Origin: Podarcis bocagei
Taxonomy: Eukaryota
NCBI GenBank assembly: GCA_964188305.1
Contig: OZ076885.1
Length of the DNA stretch: 64,000 bases
Direction: 5' to 3' (one strand)
Shown: in pieces, positions 1 through 10,593 of the stretch
Numbering within the stretch: the first letter of the stretch is position 1
How the letters are laid out: each line of letters starts with the position of its first letter
Position numbers and translations under genes: made by a program
The notes under the pieces: generated by a model
The model's input: only the letters and a program-made list of their open reading frames with translations
What the model was told of the DNA's origin: nothing
Database searches by the model: none

Positions 1-595
1 TAATTGAATAAGCACTGAATTGTTTTACTGAGACTTGGTACGGAAGAATCCATCTCCTGCTTGTGCTAGGAGTTGAGCGCAGGAGTGTTCCAAAGGGTCT
101 GTAAGTAAGTTTGCAATTAAAGCCAGCAGCAAATTCCTATTTGCACACTTGGAAGCAACACAAAATGTAAAATTCCTGAGGTCCTTGTGTTTGCTTTGGC
201 CAAGCTTACATAAGTCATTTACTGGAAATGTGCATAGGCTGCCAAGAATAAATGGGGGGCTGGTTTCATCTACCTGTAGGCTACCCTGCAACTGTGGTGT
301 CTTGCCTCATGCTGCCTCATGCTGCTCTTTTGACTGAACAGCTGAGGGTGGCAAGCAAATGGCCAACCTCCTATTCTGTGGTCCTAGCAGCCCTTTTATC
401 CAATGGTCTTCCTGTTTTCTGTGTTTTTGCTGGACAGCAGCTTCCATGGAAGGAGTTAACTAGTTTACCTTGCCTTTGTGAGTGTTGGCTAATTAGGCAT
501 TGACCAGATGAAATAAAGGATAGGGCTCTGGTATTTCTAATACTTCCCAGGCAAATAGGAATTAGAGATTTTAGGGAGGTGGTATATATGTGGGA

Positions 596-952
596 GAAGG
601 GTCACGGGTGGCGCTGTGGGTTAAACCACAGAGCCTAGGACTTGCCGGTCAGAAAGTCGGCAGTTCGAATCCCCGCAACGGGGTGAGCTCCCGTTTCTCA
701 GTCCCTGCTCCTGCCAACCTAGCAGTTTGAAAGCACGTCAAAGTACAAGTAGATAAATAGGTACCGCTCCAGCGGGAAGGTAAACAGCATTTCTGTGCAC
801 TGCTCTGGTTCGCCAGAAGTGGCTTAGTCATGCTGGCCACATGACCCAGAAGCTGTATGCCGGCTCCCTCGGCCAATAAAGCGAGATGAGCGCCGCAACC
901 CCAGAGTCAGTCATGACTAGACCTAATGGTCAGGGGTCCCTTTACCTTTACC
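596..952 (+). mobile_element. Full-length Sauria SINE
   Basis: tRNA-like head with A box (GTGGCGCTGTGG) and B box (GTTCGAATCC), typical body, and (ACCTTT)n tail. 13-bp TSD TATATATGTGGGA at 583-595 and 953-965. Confidence 0.93.
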
Positions 953-2508
953 TATATATGTGGGAAGGGAGGTTGAATGATCTAGCTAGAGACAGTTGTA
1001 GACATAAATTCCTGAGTTGAGGTTATAGTGGACAATATACCATGGCAATATTTGCAAGGCAATAATGCAGTCCTGTAGTCCTGTACTTGCAAATAAGTTG
1101 TAGTTTTCAATGGAATTACTGTCCTAGCTAAGTTGTATAGGATTTGTAGCCCAAGAATAAAAGATAGTGGGGCGGGGGGGAATGGATGGATTATGGATGA
1201 AGTAGATTGTTGTGTATAGAAGCTCATGACACAATTTTTTGGGTGCTGCTTTGGCCACTGCACAGCTGTTCCTCTGGGGATTTGTCTGTTTTCTTGTGAG
1301 AGTCTCAGTCTATTCATCCCCAAGAAGCATTGTAAGGTTGTATCTCATTTATAAACCCAAAATCCTGGGGGAAAGAGGATGCACAGGATAGATAATGCTT
1401 CACATCTAGGTCTACTAGGTATTATCATTAAACAACGGGATACCCATTTCAGCCTTAATAATGTGGGCCTGTTTCTGAAGGGGCATGAAAATTGATTAGT
1501 CCCACCCTAACCTTGTTCTGAATTCAAATGAGGTGATTGATGGTTATCTAGAGGTGAGGTAGCTTTTATGCACTCTGAGCATGAGAAAATTGACTGCTGA
1601 TTTAGAATATAGCTGTGCCTGCTTTCAAAAGAGAGAATTCAAATACTCTGTTTAAGATAAAAACTTGGGTGTCAGAAGATCTTCTACCTTTCTTCCTGAT
1701 ACCTCAGCGTCTTTCCACATTTGCAGCAATGACTCTGAATGGTCTAGAATCTCTATTTTAAGGGAAAGACTGTCTTTCAGACCTATATATGGCTCAAAAA
1801 TATGTCCTTTCTGTTGCTCATTAACTTTCCATGCTGTGGGAGTGTGAGAGAATAAATAACTAAAAGACCCAGCCATCAAGAGTGCTGAGGATTCCTAATT
1901 GCGAATACCTTAATATTCTAGATGAGTGTGACTATTACCTGTCTTGAGTCCCCATCTAGTGGCCAAAATAATAATTTTAAAGCTTAACCAATAAAATAAC
2001 CTATGCAGGAGATCTAAGTATATACACTCTGGAGTGGGAAATATAATTTTCCACTGATAATTCCCTGTTACCTTTGTATTCAAACTGATTTAAAGCATGT
2101 TTATGGTTAATGTTGCTGCTAAAGATTGTGAAATATCGGTGGCAATGCAACTTTCAGCCATGAAGGAGTCACTTAAGGAAGTCTGCATGTTCAAAAAAAT
2201 ATAATCCCAAATAGATTTCCATATAGATATCACGTGCTCATTTTAGATTTACCTAGTCTGGCCAATTGGGAAACTTGGAAGATGTGATGCAGTCCCAAGT
2301 GAGGTTTCCAGTGTCCCGCCAAGTAGCGTTTTGTGTGATCGGTTCCAGTTTTTGCAGCCTGATGTTGTTGGGAAGGTACTTGCGAGTATGCATCCAGTTG
2401 TGTCCTCTTGGCCCTTGCCCCTCATGGCTGACTAAAGCTAGTCCAGGCCAAGATGAATGTGTTTCTGGGCGAGGTGCTGGCTGCCTTGAAGGAGGTGATA
2501 GTGTGACC

Positions 2509-2746
2509 CAGGGGTCGGCAACCTAAGGCCCATGGGCCACAAGCGGCCTACGGGGGTCGTTTAACCGGACCACGAGCCACCCCCAAACTGAGCCGCCCAC
2601 TTGGCGAGTCCACCAGCGCAGCATGGCCTGGGGACTCGCTTCCGCGGTGCCAGAAAATTGTGGTCACGCGTGCTCACGATCCGGCCCACGGAGGGATCTC
2701 TGCTGGAGTGAACCGGCCCAGGCGGGGTAAACCTTGCTGACCCCTG
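2509..2746. mobile_element. Non-autonomous hAT-like MITE
   Basis: TIRs CAGGGGTCGGCAA...TTGCTGACCCCTG. No intact 8-bp TSD is visible. Confidence 0.75.
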
Positions 2747-2749
2747 GCA

Positions 2750-3274
2750 CTTCCAAAGGAAGTAGGCTGAATGCAGGATTCTTCCAATTCCTGGACCCAG
2801 CAAGGATTCAATTGCTGGAATAGCCAGGCCTGCCTGGCAATGGCCTGATAAGTATAGGTCCTTAAGGGAACAAAGGAGTGGCTCTGTGCCAGAGGAAAAT
2901 GGGTGGACTGCCTGGTTAGTGACAAAGACAAAAAGCCAGCGTTAAGAGCTGAGTGAAATGAGCTAGATGCTGGATGCCAAAGCGTGAGGCTGGAAAGGCA
3001 GAGAGAGGAAGAGGGAAGAGAGAGAGCTCCAGGTTTGATGTCTGCTGGAATCCAAGGCTGCGGCTATGGAAGAATAAGAAGGATGCTTTGGAGTGTTAAT
3101 GCTGTGTGCTCCTCCAACGCAGACTCAGGTTGTATGCATGTGTAAATAAATCACATATCATAAGGACACCACAGTCTCTGCTGTGCCTCCTTCCAGAACG
3201 GAATGCCAACTTTTAACAAGTGCCTGGAACCCATGGAATCTTGCACTGCTCAGAGATTAGGGTAGCATTCAACA
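2750..3274 (+). mobile_element. Possible solo-LTR remnant
   Basis: TATA-like motif near 2850, AATAAA at 3145-3150, and an end in ...TTCAACA. The 5' TG end and TSD were not found. Confidence 0.3.
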
Positions 3275-3552
3275 GTAATTACTCCCCTGTTACATTCACC
3301 CGCTTTGGGAGAAGGTACCTAAGAAGGGACACAGCTGCAGACATTCCTGGAGGAAATTGATTGTTTAGACCAGTGGTTCCCAATTAGCTAAGTGCTGCAG
3401 ACTCCCTGTTTCTTTTGGACTCATTTCTTTTGAAAAATTTGATATCTCTATGGTAGTTTTTATTATGAGAATGGTGCCACGGACCTCTTGAGTGGGTTAC
3501 GTGGACCCCCCCCCCATGGTCTGCTAACCACCAAATGGCAACCACTGATACA

Positions 3553-3625
3553 GACCCATTCCAATCTGGGTTCAGACCAGGGTTTGGGACTGAATCTGCC
3601 TTGGTCACCCTGATGGATGACCTCC
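3553..3625 (+). mobile_element. L2/CR1-group reverse transcriptase fragment
   Basis: Translates as DPFQSGFRPGFGTESALVTLMDDL, a conserved non-LTR RT motif. Confidence 0.8.
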
Positions 3626-4411
3626 AAGGGGAGAGTTGTAGATCACCAATGATTGGAGAACATCATGTTGGCCACCTAGGTTCATGGTTGTGACTGAGCC
3701 CAAGGATACTTTTCTGTCTTTTGAGACTGACAATAAAGGATTTGGTCCTTTTCCCTCATCAGGGGCCATACTGTGGCACTGTCAACACGTCAGTAAGTTG
3801 GGGGTGTTTGGGCAGCATGTACTGGTATGTGATCTACTAAAAAAGAAATGCTCACCCCACCATCCTGCTTGAACTGGGGCTGACCCATGAAATACAATGA
3901 ACCAGTAATAAAGACATGTCTCTGTAGTGTGTTTGATTTCCTAAGAGCTCTGCTGTATCAGAGCCAAGGGTATGCAGTTTCTAGCAGGCTGTTTGATGCA
4001 CTGGCCAGCCACATGCTTCTGAGAAGCCCACAAGCAGGCCCTGGAAGTAATAGCCAATCCTTGCTGTCTGTCCCATACCACTTAACCTTCAAAAGTATAC
4101 TGCATATGAGCATAGAGGTTCCATTTAACTGTACTAATTAACCAATCTACCCACAGATTTACCAGATCCCCTTTTAAAGCCATCTAAGGTTTTGGCTATT
4201 ACCCCATCCTGCGGCAGCAACTGCCATAAAATTAATTATGCATTCTGGGACGAAGTATTCTTTTGCTTTCCTGACTCTGTGGTTGTGCTTTTGAGTGGCC
4301 CCAAGTTCCAGAGAGGAATATTGTGATATTAATTTATTATGTTTGACTTTGGTATGGAAATTTGTTCCTATATGTTTGGATGTAGATCTCTTTTTACTTT
4401 ATGTCGTTATA

Positions 4412-4637
4412 CAGTGGTACCTCAGGTTAAGAACTTAATTCGTTCTGGTGGTCCGTTCTTAAACTGAAACTGTTCTTAACCTGAGGTACCACTTTAGCTA
4501 ATGGGACATCCCGCTGCTGCCGTGCCACCACTGCACGATTTCTGTTCTCATCTTGAAGCAAAGTTCTTAACCCAAGGTACTATTTCCGGGTTAGCGGAGT
4601 CTGTAACCTGAAGCGTATGTAACCTGAGGTACGACTG
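4412..4637. mobile_element. Tc1/mariner (Tigger-like) MITE
   Basis: TIRs CAGTGGTACCTCAGGTT...AACCTGAGGTACGACTG flanked by a TA TSD. Same family as 50763-51009. Confidence 0.9.
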
Positions 4638-4683
4638 TACTTTGTTATGTTATAAATAAATATATGTAAATAAATAAACAAAA

Positions 4684-4825
4684 ATCACAGAATTATAGAG
4701 TTGGAAGGGACCATGAGGGTCATTTAGTCCAACCCCCTGCAATGCAGGAATCTTCTGCCCAATGTAGGACTTGAATCCACAACCCAGAGATTAAGAATTT
4801 CATGTCCTACTAACTGAGCTACCCC
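4684..4825 (-). mobile_element. tRNA-Lys-derived SINE with CR1-type 3' tail (POM/Squam2-like)
   Basis: Reverse complement gives a GTAGCTCAGTTAGTAG...TCTTAATCTC...GGATTCAAGTCC head, then TGCATTGCAGGGGGTTGGAC...CCCTTCCAACTC and an ATTCT tail. Confidence 0.85.
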
Positions 4826-5603
4826 AGAAAAAAGGAAACTGAATATTTCTACCCACTTTCTACAAGCCAAGCTTAATTGTTTCAGATAGATCTCAGTCCT
4901 GTCCCTTTTCTTATTTCTAAAGCAAAAATACCCATTTACCCTTTCCACCTAGGGAAGGCACCACAGCAGCCTTTGCCCCCTGTTATCATCTGTATTAGCC
5001 TTTTCTTTTTCCAACTACAGGCTCTAATTTTGCAGATGGGATAATCACAACTGTAAACAGTATCCCAAATGCACCCTTGCCATGAATTTGTTGATTTATT
5101 TTAGTAAATTTCTGCACAGGGAGTCTGTAAAGTGGCTTCTAGTTTTAATACAAAACTACCATAAAATGATGACATAAATAATATTTTTTATTATACTTGT
5201 TAACGTGCTTGTTACATAAACGTATTTGGGTGACTTACGACACAGTTAAGAACAAACATAAATACATTACTGTGCCATTAACAAATCGGTACACTGATAA
5301 ATCCAGAAAAAACCTCCAATTCACAGGTAAGTCTTTAGTTGGTGCCAAAATGATGTCTGAGAAGATGCCAGGTGGACCTTGCTAGGGAGAGCATTTTACA
5401 GGTGGAGAGCCACAACTGCAAAGGCCCTTTACATTGCCACCACCCTCTCAGGCTCCTTCAGAGTGGGAATCTGGAAAATATTAAAGCAGCAGCATTAGAG
5501 GAGCAAAACGGAGGTAGGGTGGCAGTGGCTCAGGGCCCTGGATCTTCTGCTCCTCTTAAAAAAAAACTTTTAAACATTGCTTTCAGGGTAATTGGACCCA
5601 TTG

Positions 5604-5652
5604 CACAGTGCAGTGCTGGGGAGACCACAGTGCAGTGCTGGGGAGACCACAG
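5604..5652. repeat. 22-bp perfect tandem duplication
   Basis: CACAGTGCAGTGCTGGGGAGAC x2 plus CACAG. Confidence 0.9.
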
Positions 5653-5693
5653 CAACTTTCCATCTTATTTTGCAGAGTACTATACAGTGTACT

Positions 5694-6061
5694 GTGGCGG
5701 ACGTGGGTGGGACGCGGGTGGCTCTGTGGGTAAAACCTCAGCGCCTAGGGCTTGCCGATCGCATGGTTGGCGGTTCGGATCCCCGCGGCGGGGTGAGCTC
5801 CCGTCGTTCGATCCCAGCTCCTGCCTACCTAGCAGTTTGAAAGCACCCTTAAGTGCAAGTAGATAAATAGGTACCGCTTTCTAGCGGGAAGGTAAACAGT
5901 GTTTCGGTGTGCTGCGCTGGTGCTAGCTCGCCAGAGCAGCTTCGTCACGCTGGCCACGTGACCCGGAAGTGTCTCCGGACAGCGCTGGCCCCCGGCCTCT
6001 TAAGTGAGATGGGCGCACAACCCTAGAGTCGGACACGACTGGCCCATATGGGCAGGGGTAC
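5694..6061 (+). mobile_element. Sauria SINE (different subfamily, CpG-rich and young)
   Basis: Homologous to 596-952. 14-bp TSD CTATACAGTGTACT at 5680-5693 and 6062-6075. Confidence 0.92.
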
Positions 6062-6202
6062 CTATACAGTGTACTAGGCCCATAAAATATTGTTGGTACC
6101 TCATTAACTCACAGTAAACCTGGGGACCAAGAGCCAGAGGTCTTCCACCATCACCTCTGAAAATCACCCCAAATTTGCATGCATAAACATACAAATGTCA
6201 TA

Positions 6203-6286
6203 CAGATGTCTTCTAAAAGTCTGGTAGTTGTTGTTCTCTTTGACATCTGGTGGGAGGGCGTTCCACAGGGAGGGCGCCACTACCGA
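6203..6286 (-). mobile_element. Inverted 84-bp L2 fragment
   Basis: Reverse complement matches 6912-6995 with 5 mismatches. Confidence 0.88.
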
Positions 6287-6293
6287 CAGAAGT

Positions 6294-7108
6294 ATCAACA
6301 GAAGTATAGTGTCCAGTTCAAAGGAAGTAATAGACAGGAGGCGGGCGAGTGTGGAGGACTCCCTGGTCCTGAATGGGGTAACTGTGCCCTTGAAGGACCA
6401 GGTGCGCAGCCTGGGAGTCATTTTGGACTCACAGCTGTCCATGGAGGCACAGGCCAATTCTGTGTCCAGGGCAGCTGTTTACCAGCTCCATCTGGTACGC
6501 AGGCTGAGACCCTATCTGCCCGCAGACTGCCTTGCCAGAGTAGTGCATGCTCTGGTTATCTCCCGCTTGGACTATTGCAATGCGCTCTACGTGGGGCTAC
6601 CTTTGAAGGTGACCCGGAAACTACAACTAATCCAGAATGTGGCAGCTAGACTGGTGACTGGGAGCGGCCGCCGAGACCACATAACACCGGTCTTGAAAGA
6701 CCTACATTGGCTCCCAGTACGTTTCCGAGCACAATTCAAAGTGTTGGTGCTTTAAAGCTTTAAACCCCCAAATGACCTCGGTCCAGTATATCTGAAGGAG
6801 CATCTCCACCTCCATCGTTCTACCTGGACACTGAGGTCCAGCGTTGAGGGCCTTCTGGCGGTTCCCTCACTGCGAGAAGCCAAGTTACAGGGAACCAGGC
6901 AGAGGGCCTTCTCCGTAGTGGCGCCCACCCTGTGGAACGCCCTCCCACCAGATGTCAAAGAGAAAAATAACTACCAAACTTTTAGAAGACATCTGAAGGC
7001 AGCCCTGTTTAGGGAAGCTTTTAATGTTTGATGTATTACTGTATTTTAATATTTGGTTGGAAGCCGCCCAGAGTGGCTGGGGAAACCCAGCCAGATGGGC
7101 AGGGTATT

Positions 7109-7148
<40 letters not shown>

Positions 7149-7650
7149 TTCTATCTTGGTCAGACCAGACCAGGAGTACTGTGTCCAGTTCTGGGCACTA
7201 CAATTTAGGAAGGATGTTGACAAGCTGGAATGTGTGCAGAGGAGGCCACCAAGAGGATCAAGGATCTGTAAACCAAGCTTCATGAGAAATGGTTGAGGGA
7301 GTTGGGTATGTTTAGCCTGGAGAAGAGAAGACTGAGAGGTGATATGATAGCCACCTTCAAAGATCTAACTAGCTGTCACATGGAAGATGCAGCCAGCTTG
7401 TTTCTGCTGCTCCAGAGGGTAGGATGTGAGTCAATGGATCCAGATTAAAAGGAAGGAGATTCCACCTAAATAAGATATTTCTGGTGGTAAGGGGAACACA
7501 CTATCTTGGGAAGAGATAGACTATCCTTCATTGAAGTTTATTAAACAGAGGTTGGATGGCCATCTGTCAGGACTGCTTTAGCTGTGACCCCTGCATTGCA
7601 GGGGGTTGAACTAGACGAAATTGCGTACAACTCTGTAGTTCCAGGATTCT
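6294..7650 (+). mobile_element. CR1 LINE 3' fragment interrupted by an L2 insertion
   Basis: 6294-6333 encodes INRSIVSSSKEVI. After the L2 it resumes with [33 protein letters not shown], followed by a decayed CR1 3'UTR. Confidence 0.85.
6334..7148 (+). mobile_element. 5'-truncated L2 LINE (ORF2 C-terminus, 3'UTR, (TAA)n tail)
   Basis: Motifs LGVILDSQLSM, SRLDYCN and HITPVLKDLHWLPV. Frameshift near 6752. (TAA)n tail at 7110-7147. Confidence 0.92.
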
Positions 7651-8031
7651 AAGTGGGTCAGTTTAAAAATACATCGCTCGCAGCTCAGTCCTATCTATGT
7701 CTAGTCAGAAGAAAGCTCCCACTTCCATGGGGGTTAAGTGTAGGATTGCAGCCTCAAGACGAGGTGGAATAAAAAAGAAAGGAAGAAAAAGTGCCACAAG
7801 AGAGGGGCCGGACTTCACCTTTTGCTGGAGGTAGTTCCGTAATCTGGTTGCCATAATCTGATCTAGCAGTATCTCCCTAGTAAGAAGGCGTGATGATACT
7901 GTTGATCGTTTTATGTGTAACACAGCAGCCGCGCTGCTCAGCCCTTCCCTGCAAAGCTTCCCTCGGGGTGGGGCTTCAGTTTCGGAGTACGTTACAGGCA
8001 CAGGGGTCGAGAGGCTCGCCTCGACTCCGAA

Positions 8032-8077
8032 GTTGTTTGTTGTTTAGTCGTTTACTCGTGTCCGACTCTTCGTGACC
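8032..8077 (-). mobile_element. BovB/RTE 3'-terminal fragment
   Basis: Reverse complement GGTCACGAAGAGTCGGACACGAGTAAACGACTAAACAAC, the BovB 3' end with a (CAA)-type tail. Confidence 0.8.
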
Positions 8078-8279
8078 GGAGTAGTGCTGTTAATTAGCCC
8101 ATCACTTGCAACACGTGGGAAAAGTGGGAGAAAAGTTAAGGGAGGTGTGGATCCCGCGCCTGCAGGGACTCCTTTAAAGTTTTGATCCTCAGCCAAACCC
8201 AAAACAAAGGAAACCAACAACAAGAATGAAAAGCAATTGTTTATTGTGTGTACATAAAAACCACATGACTCCAAGCTCC

Positions 8280-9150
8280 TTGTGAGTCCGGGATGGGTTG
8301 CCGAAAAAAAATAAAAATTAACAATGGAGAAATATTTCACATGCCGGAGGGGGGGGCTGTGGGCTGGAGAGTGGGGTGGGGTTTCTCCAAAGCCCCGCCC
8401 TTTGGCCGTGCTCGTAAACCTCCTTTTTTCCCCTTAAAAAGGCGGAGGCAGCGAGGTTCTCATAAAATGTGTAAGCCGAAGCTTCCTTGCAAGCCCAGCC
8501 TCGTTGGAGTTCCTGCAAGTCTCGGGAATGTGACACGTGGGGGTGGGTGGCTCTGTATTTGCATGCCTCATGAATATGCATCGAAGTGGGCGGGGCGAGC
8601 CTGGCCTTGATTCGAACGTCATGAATATGCACAGTGCGAAGATCTGCTGCGCCTATGTCGGGCCGTAGATCGCCGAGCTTGGTAAGGGAGCCTACGCAGA
8701 AGCCCCCGCCAGCGGGGAGGGCTGTGCATTTTCGTCCACATCCCGAGGTGGGGCTGGCAGGAGATCCTCCTGGGGGTCGCTGGTGGGGGGGGGGAAGAGA
8801 TGCGTGCGGGGGGAGGCGTGCGAAGGGAACGGACCGCGAGGATAAGGAGGCTGGCGTCGGAGGGCCCTGGGGAAAAGAGCTTAGGGGGAGGAGGGCCAAG
8901 TGCCCCCCCTCGCCCCCAAATCGGTAGATCAGGGAAGCTGTGGATCCGCGTGCGGGTGGGTCGTCTTCGGCTCAGCCCCTTGCCTGGGATTGAGTCGAGG
9001 CGAGTCATGGTGGCCGGGGCAGCAATTGTTCTTTGTGGCCGCTTCGCTGCTGCAGGGATTGTGGAAGGCCTGGCCTGGAGACCCGACTGCAGGATGGTCT
9101 AAGGAGCGGGGATGGCGGATTGGTCGTAGAGGGAAGGCCAATTAGGACCA
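8280..9150. promoter_or_regulatory. CpG island promoter, probably of TNKS1BP1 and possibly bidirectional
   Basis: The only non-repeat, non-coding CpG-dense GC-rich block. GC boxes at 8393-8400 and 8588-8595, E-box CACGTG at 8534-8539, octamer ATTTGCAT at 8557-8564. Confidence 0.8.
8630..8681 (+). other. TNKS1BP1: Probable non-coding exon 1 of TNKS1BP1 (start approximate)
   Basis: Donor TTG|GTAAGG at 8681/8682 just downstream of the promoter motifs. The link to TNKS1BP1 is inferred. Confidence 0.5.
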
Positions 9151-10396
9151 TATGGTATGCCCATATGCTCTTAAAGGTAGCTTGTATGCCTTCTCTGCTG
9201 TAAGCGGGGCTGTCATTTACACTGGCCAGGGGTAACTGTCCTCGGGCCGTCTCCCTGCTTCCTCGCTTCTGCTAACTGGCACCCCTGCTCGCCTTCTTTG
9301 TATGCTTTCTGCTTAATGCGTCCTGAAGCTGCTCTCCACCCCCTTTTGGCTGGAGTTTCCCGCAGTTCTGCCTCTCACCACTCCCTCCCTTTCTTGGCTG
9401 TGATTCCAAGAACACCCAACTTACAAATACTTAGCTCCCTTTAAATCTTGCTGGAAACCAGTTACTGCACACAGGCTTTATGAACCTGAAGTACACCCTG
9501 TGACCTCTCCTTGTACCCATTTCTGCACCACAAAACACTGCCTCATGCTTGCTGAGCTCCCATCTTCTTTCATGATATTTCCTTGTTGCTTGTGTAAATA
9601 GTGGTCTGAACTGGGCTATGAGGACTGTCTAAACTGGCTTTTAAAATTCTGCCATTTGTGAATGTTGGTTGTTGCTTATTGTTTACAATGAAACTTATTC
9701 TCTGTTGGGAGAAATCCACCCCTCTCTTGTACTTTAATCACGTGTCAACATTCTCCCACATGCCTTCTGTTTCCTGTATTTCTGCACAATTCTTCCCCCT
9801 AATAGAATTATGAGTTTCTTAGCCCATTAACTACTAATCTAGTGGCCCCCTTTCCAATTGCTGTGATAACCTCTTTCCTATCTGCCCTGGTTTCTATTTA
9901 GGATTCTTTCTTTGATCTTCTCTGTTTGGAAATAGGGAGCAATACATTTTTAGAATAAATTCATAATCTGTGCCTTGTAATAAACCAGTTTTGTTTCACA
10001 AAGGGCCAAGTTTACCTAAATACATCTGTTCCTGGTGCCGTTCTTTTCTACCGCTGCTCCTTGAGGAAGAGCCTCCTTTTTATTATCCTTCTGTGACTGT
10101 TTCCTATCCATTATTTTTTATTAACATGGTATGTGTGCATTCTATGGACATGCTGAGATTAAGGTCCCCTTCATATGTGGACTGTGCAAACAAAGTGGCA
10201 GACACTGATTGCTGCAAGGGTCTTACAGGCTGAAAAGGCAGGGTGGCATGGGAAACAATAGCCCAAAGATGGCAAGGGATTTGTCTGGATGCATTTAGTA
10301 GATCACTATGGCAGCTGGGATCCCTTGAATTACATTGTAGTAAGTGTGTGCTGTCTTTTTACTTATTCATTCCTTCGACTGCAAACTATCAGAATG

Positions 10397-10593
10397 CAAA
10401 ATAAAAAAATTCCTTCCAGTAGCACCTTAAAGACCAACTAAGTTAGTTCTTGGTATGAGCTTTCGTGTGCATGCACACTTCTTCAGATGCACACGAAAGC
10501 TCATACCAAGAACTAACTTAGTTGGTCTTTAAGGTGCTACTGGAAGGAATTTTTTTATTTTGACTATGGCAGACCAACACGGCTACCTATCTG
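10397..10593. mobile_element. Penelope-like element remnant (inverted pseudo-LTR palindrome)
   Basis: Perfect 76-bp inverted repeat (10397-10472 / 10487-10562), PLE-type tail CAGACCAACACGGCTACC, and flanking duplication TATCAGAATGCAA at 10387-10399 and 10594-10606. Confidence 0.85.

Noticed and set aside
4750-4825. tRNA-Lys-like sequence (also 29355-29425)
   Set aside because: Mutated stems fused to a CR1-type tail make these SINE heads, not tRNA genes.
6228-6755. 175-aa ORF as a host gene
   Set aside because: Chimera of LINE fragments with a frameshift and no splice context.
8318-9145. Overlapping 60-190 aa ORFs in the CpG island
   Set aside because: Stop-poor GC-rich sequence giving low-complexity Pro/Gly/Arg products in many frames.
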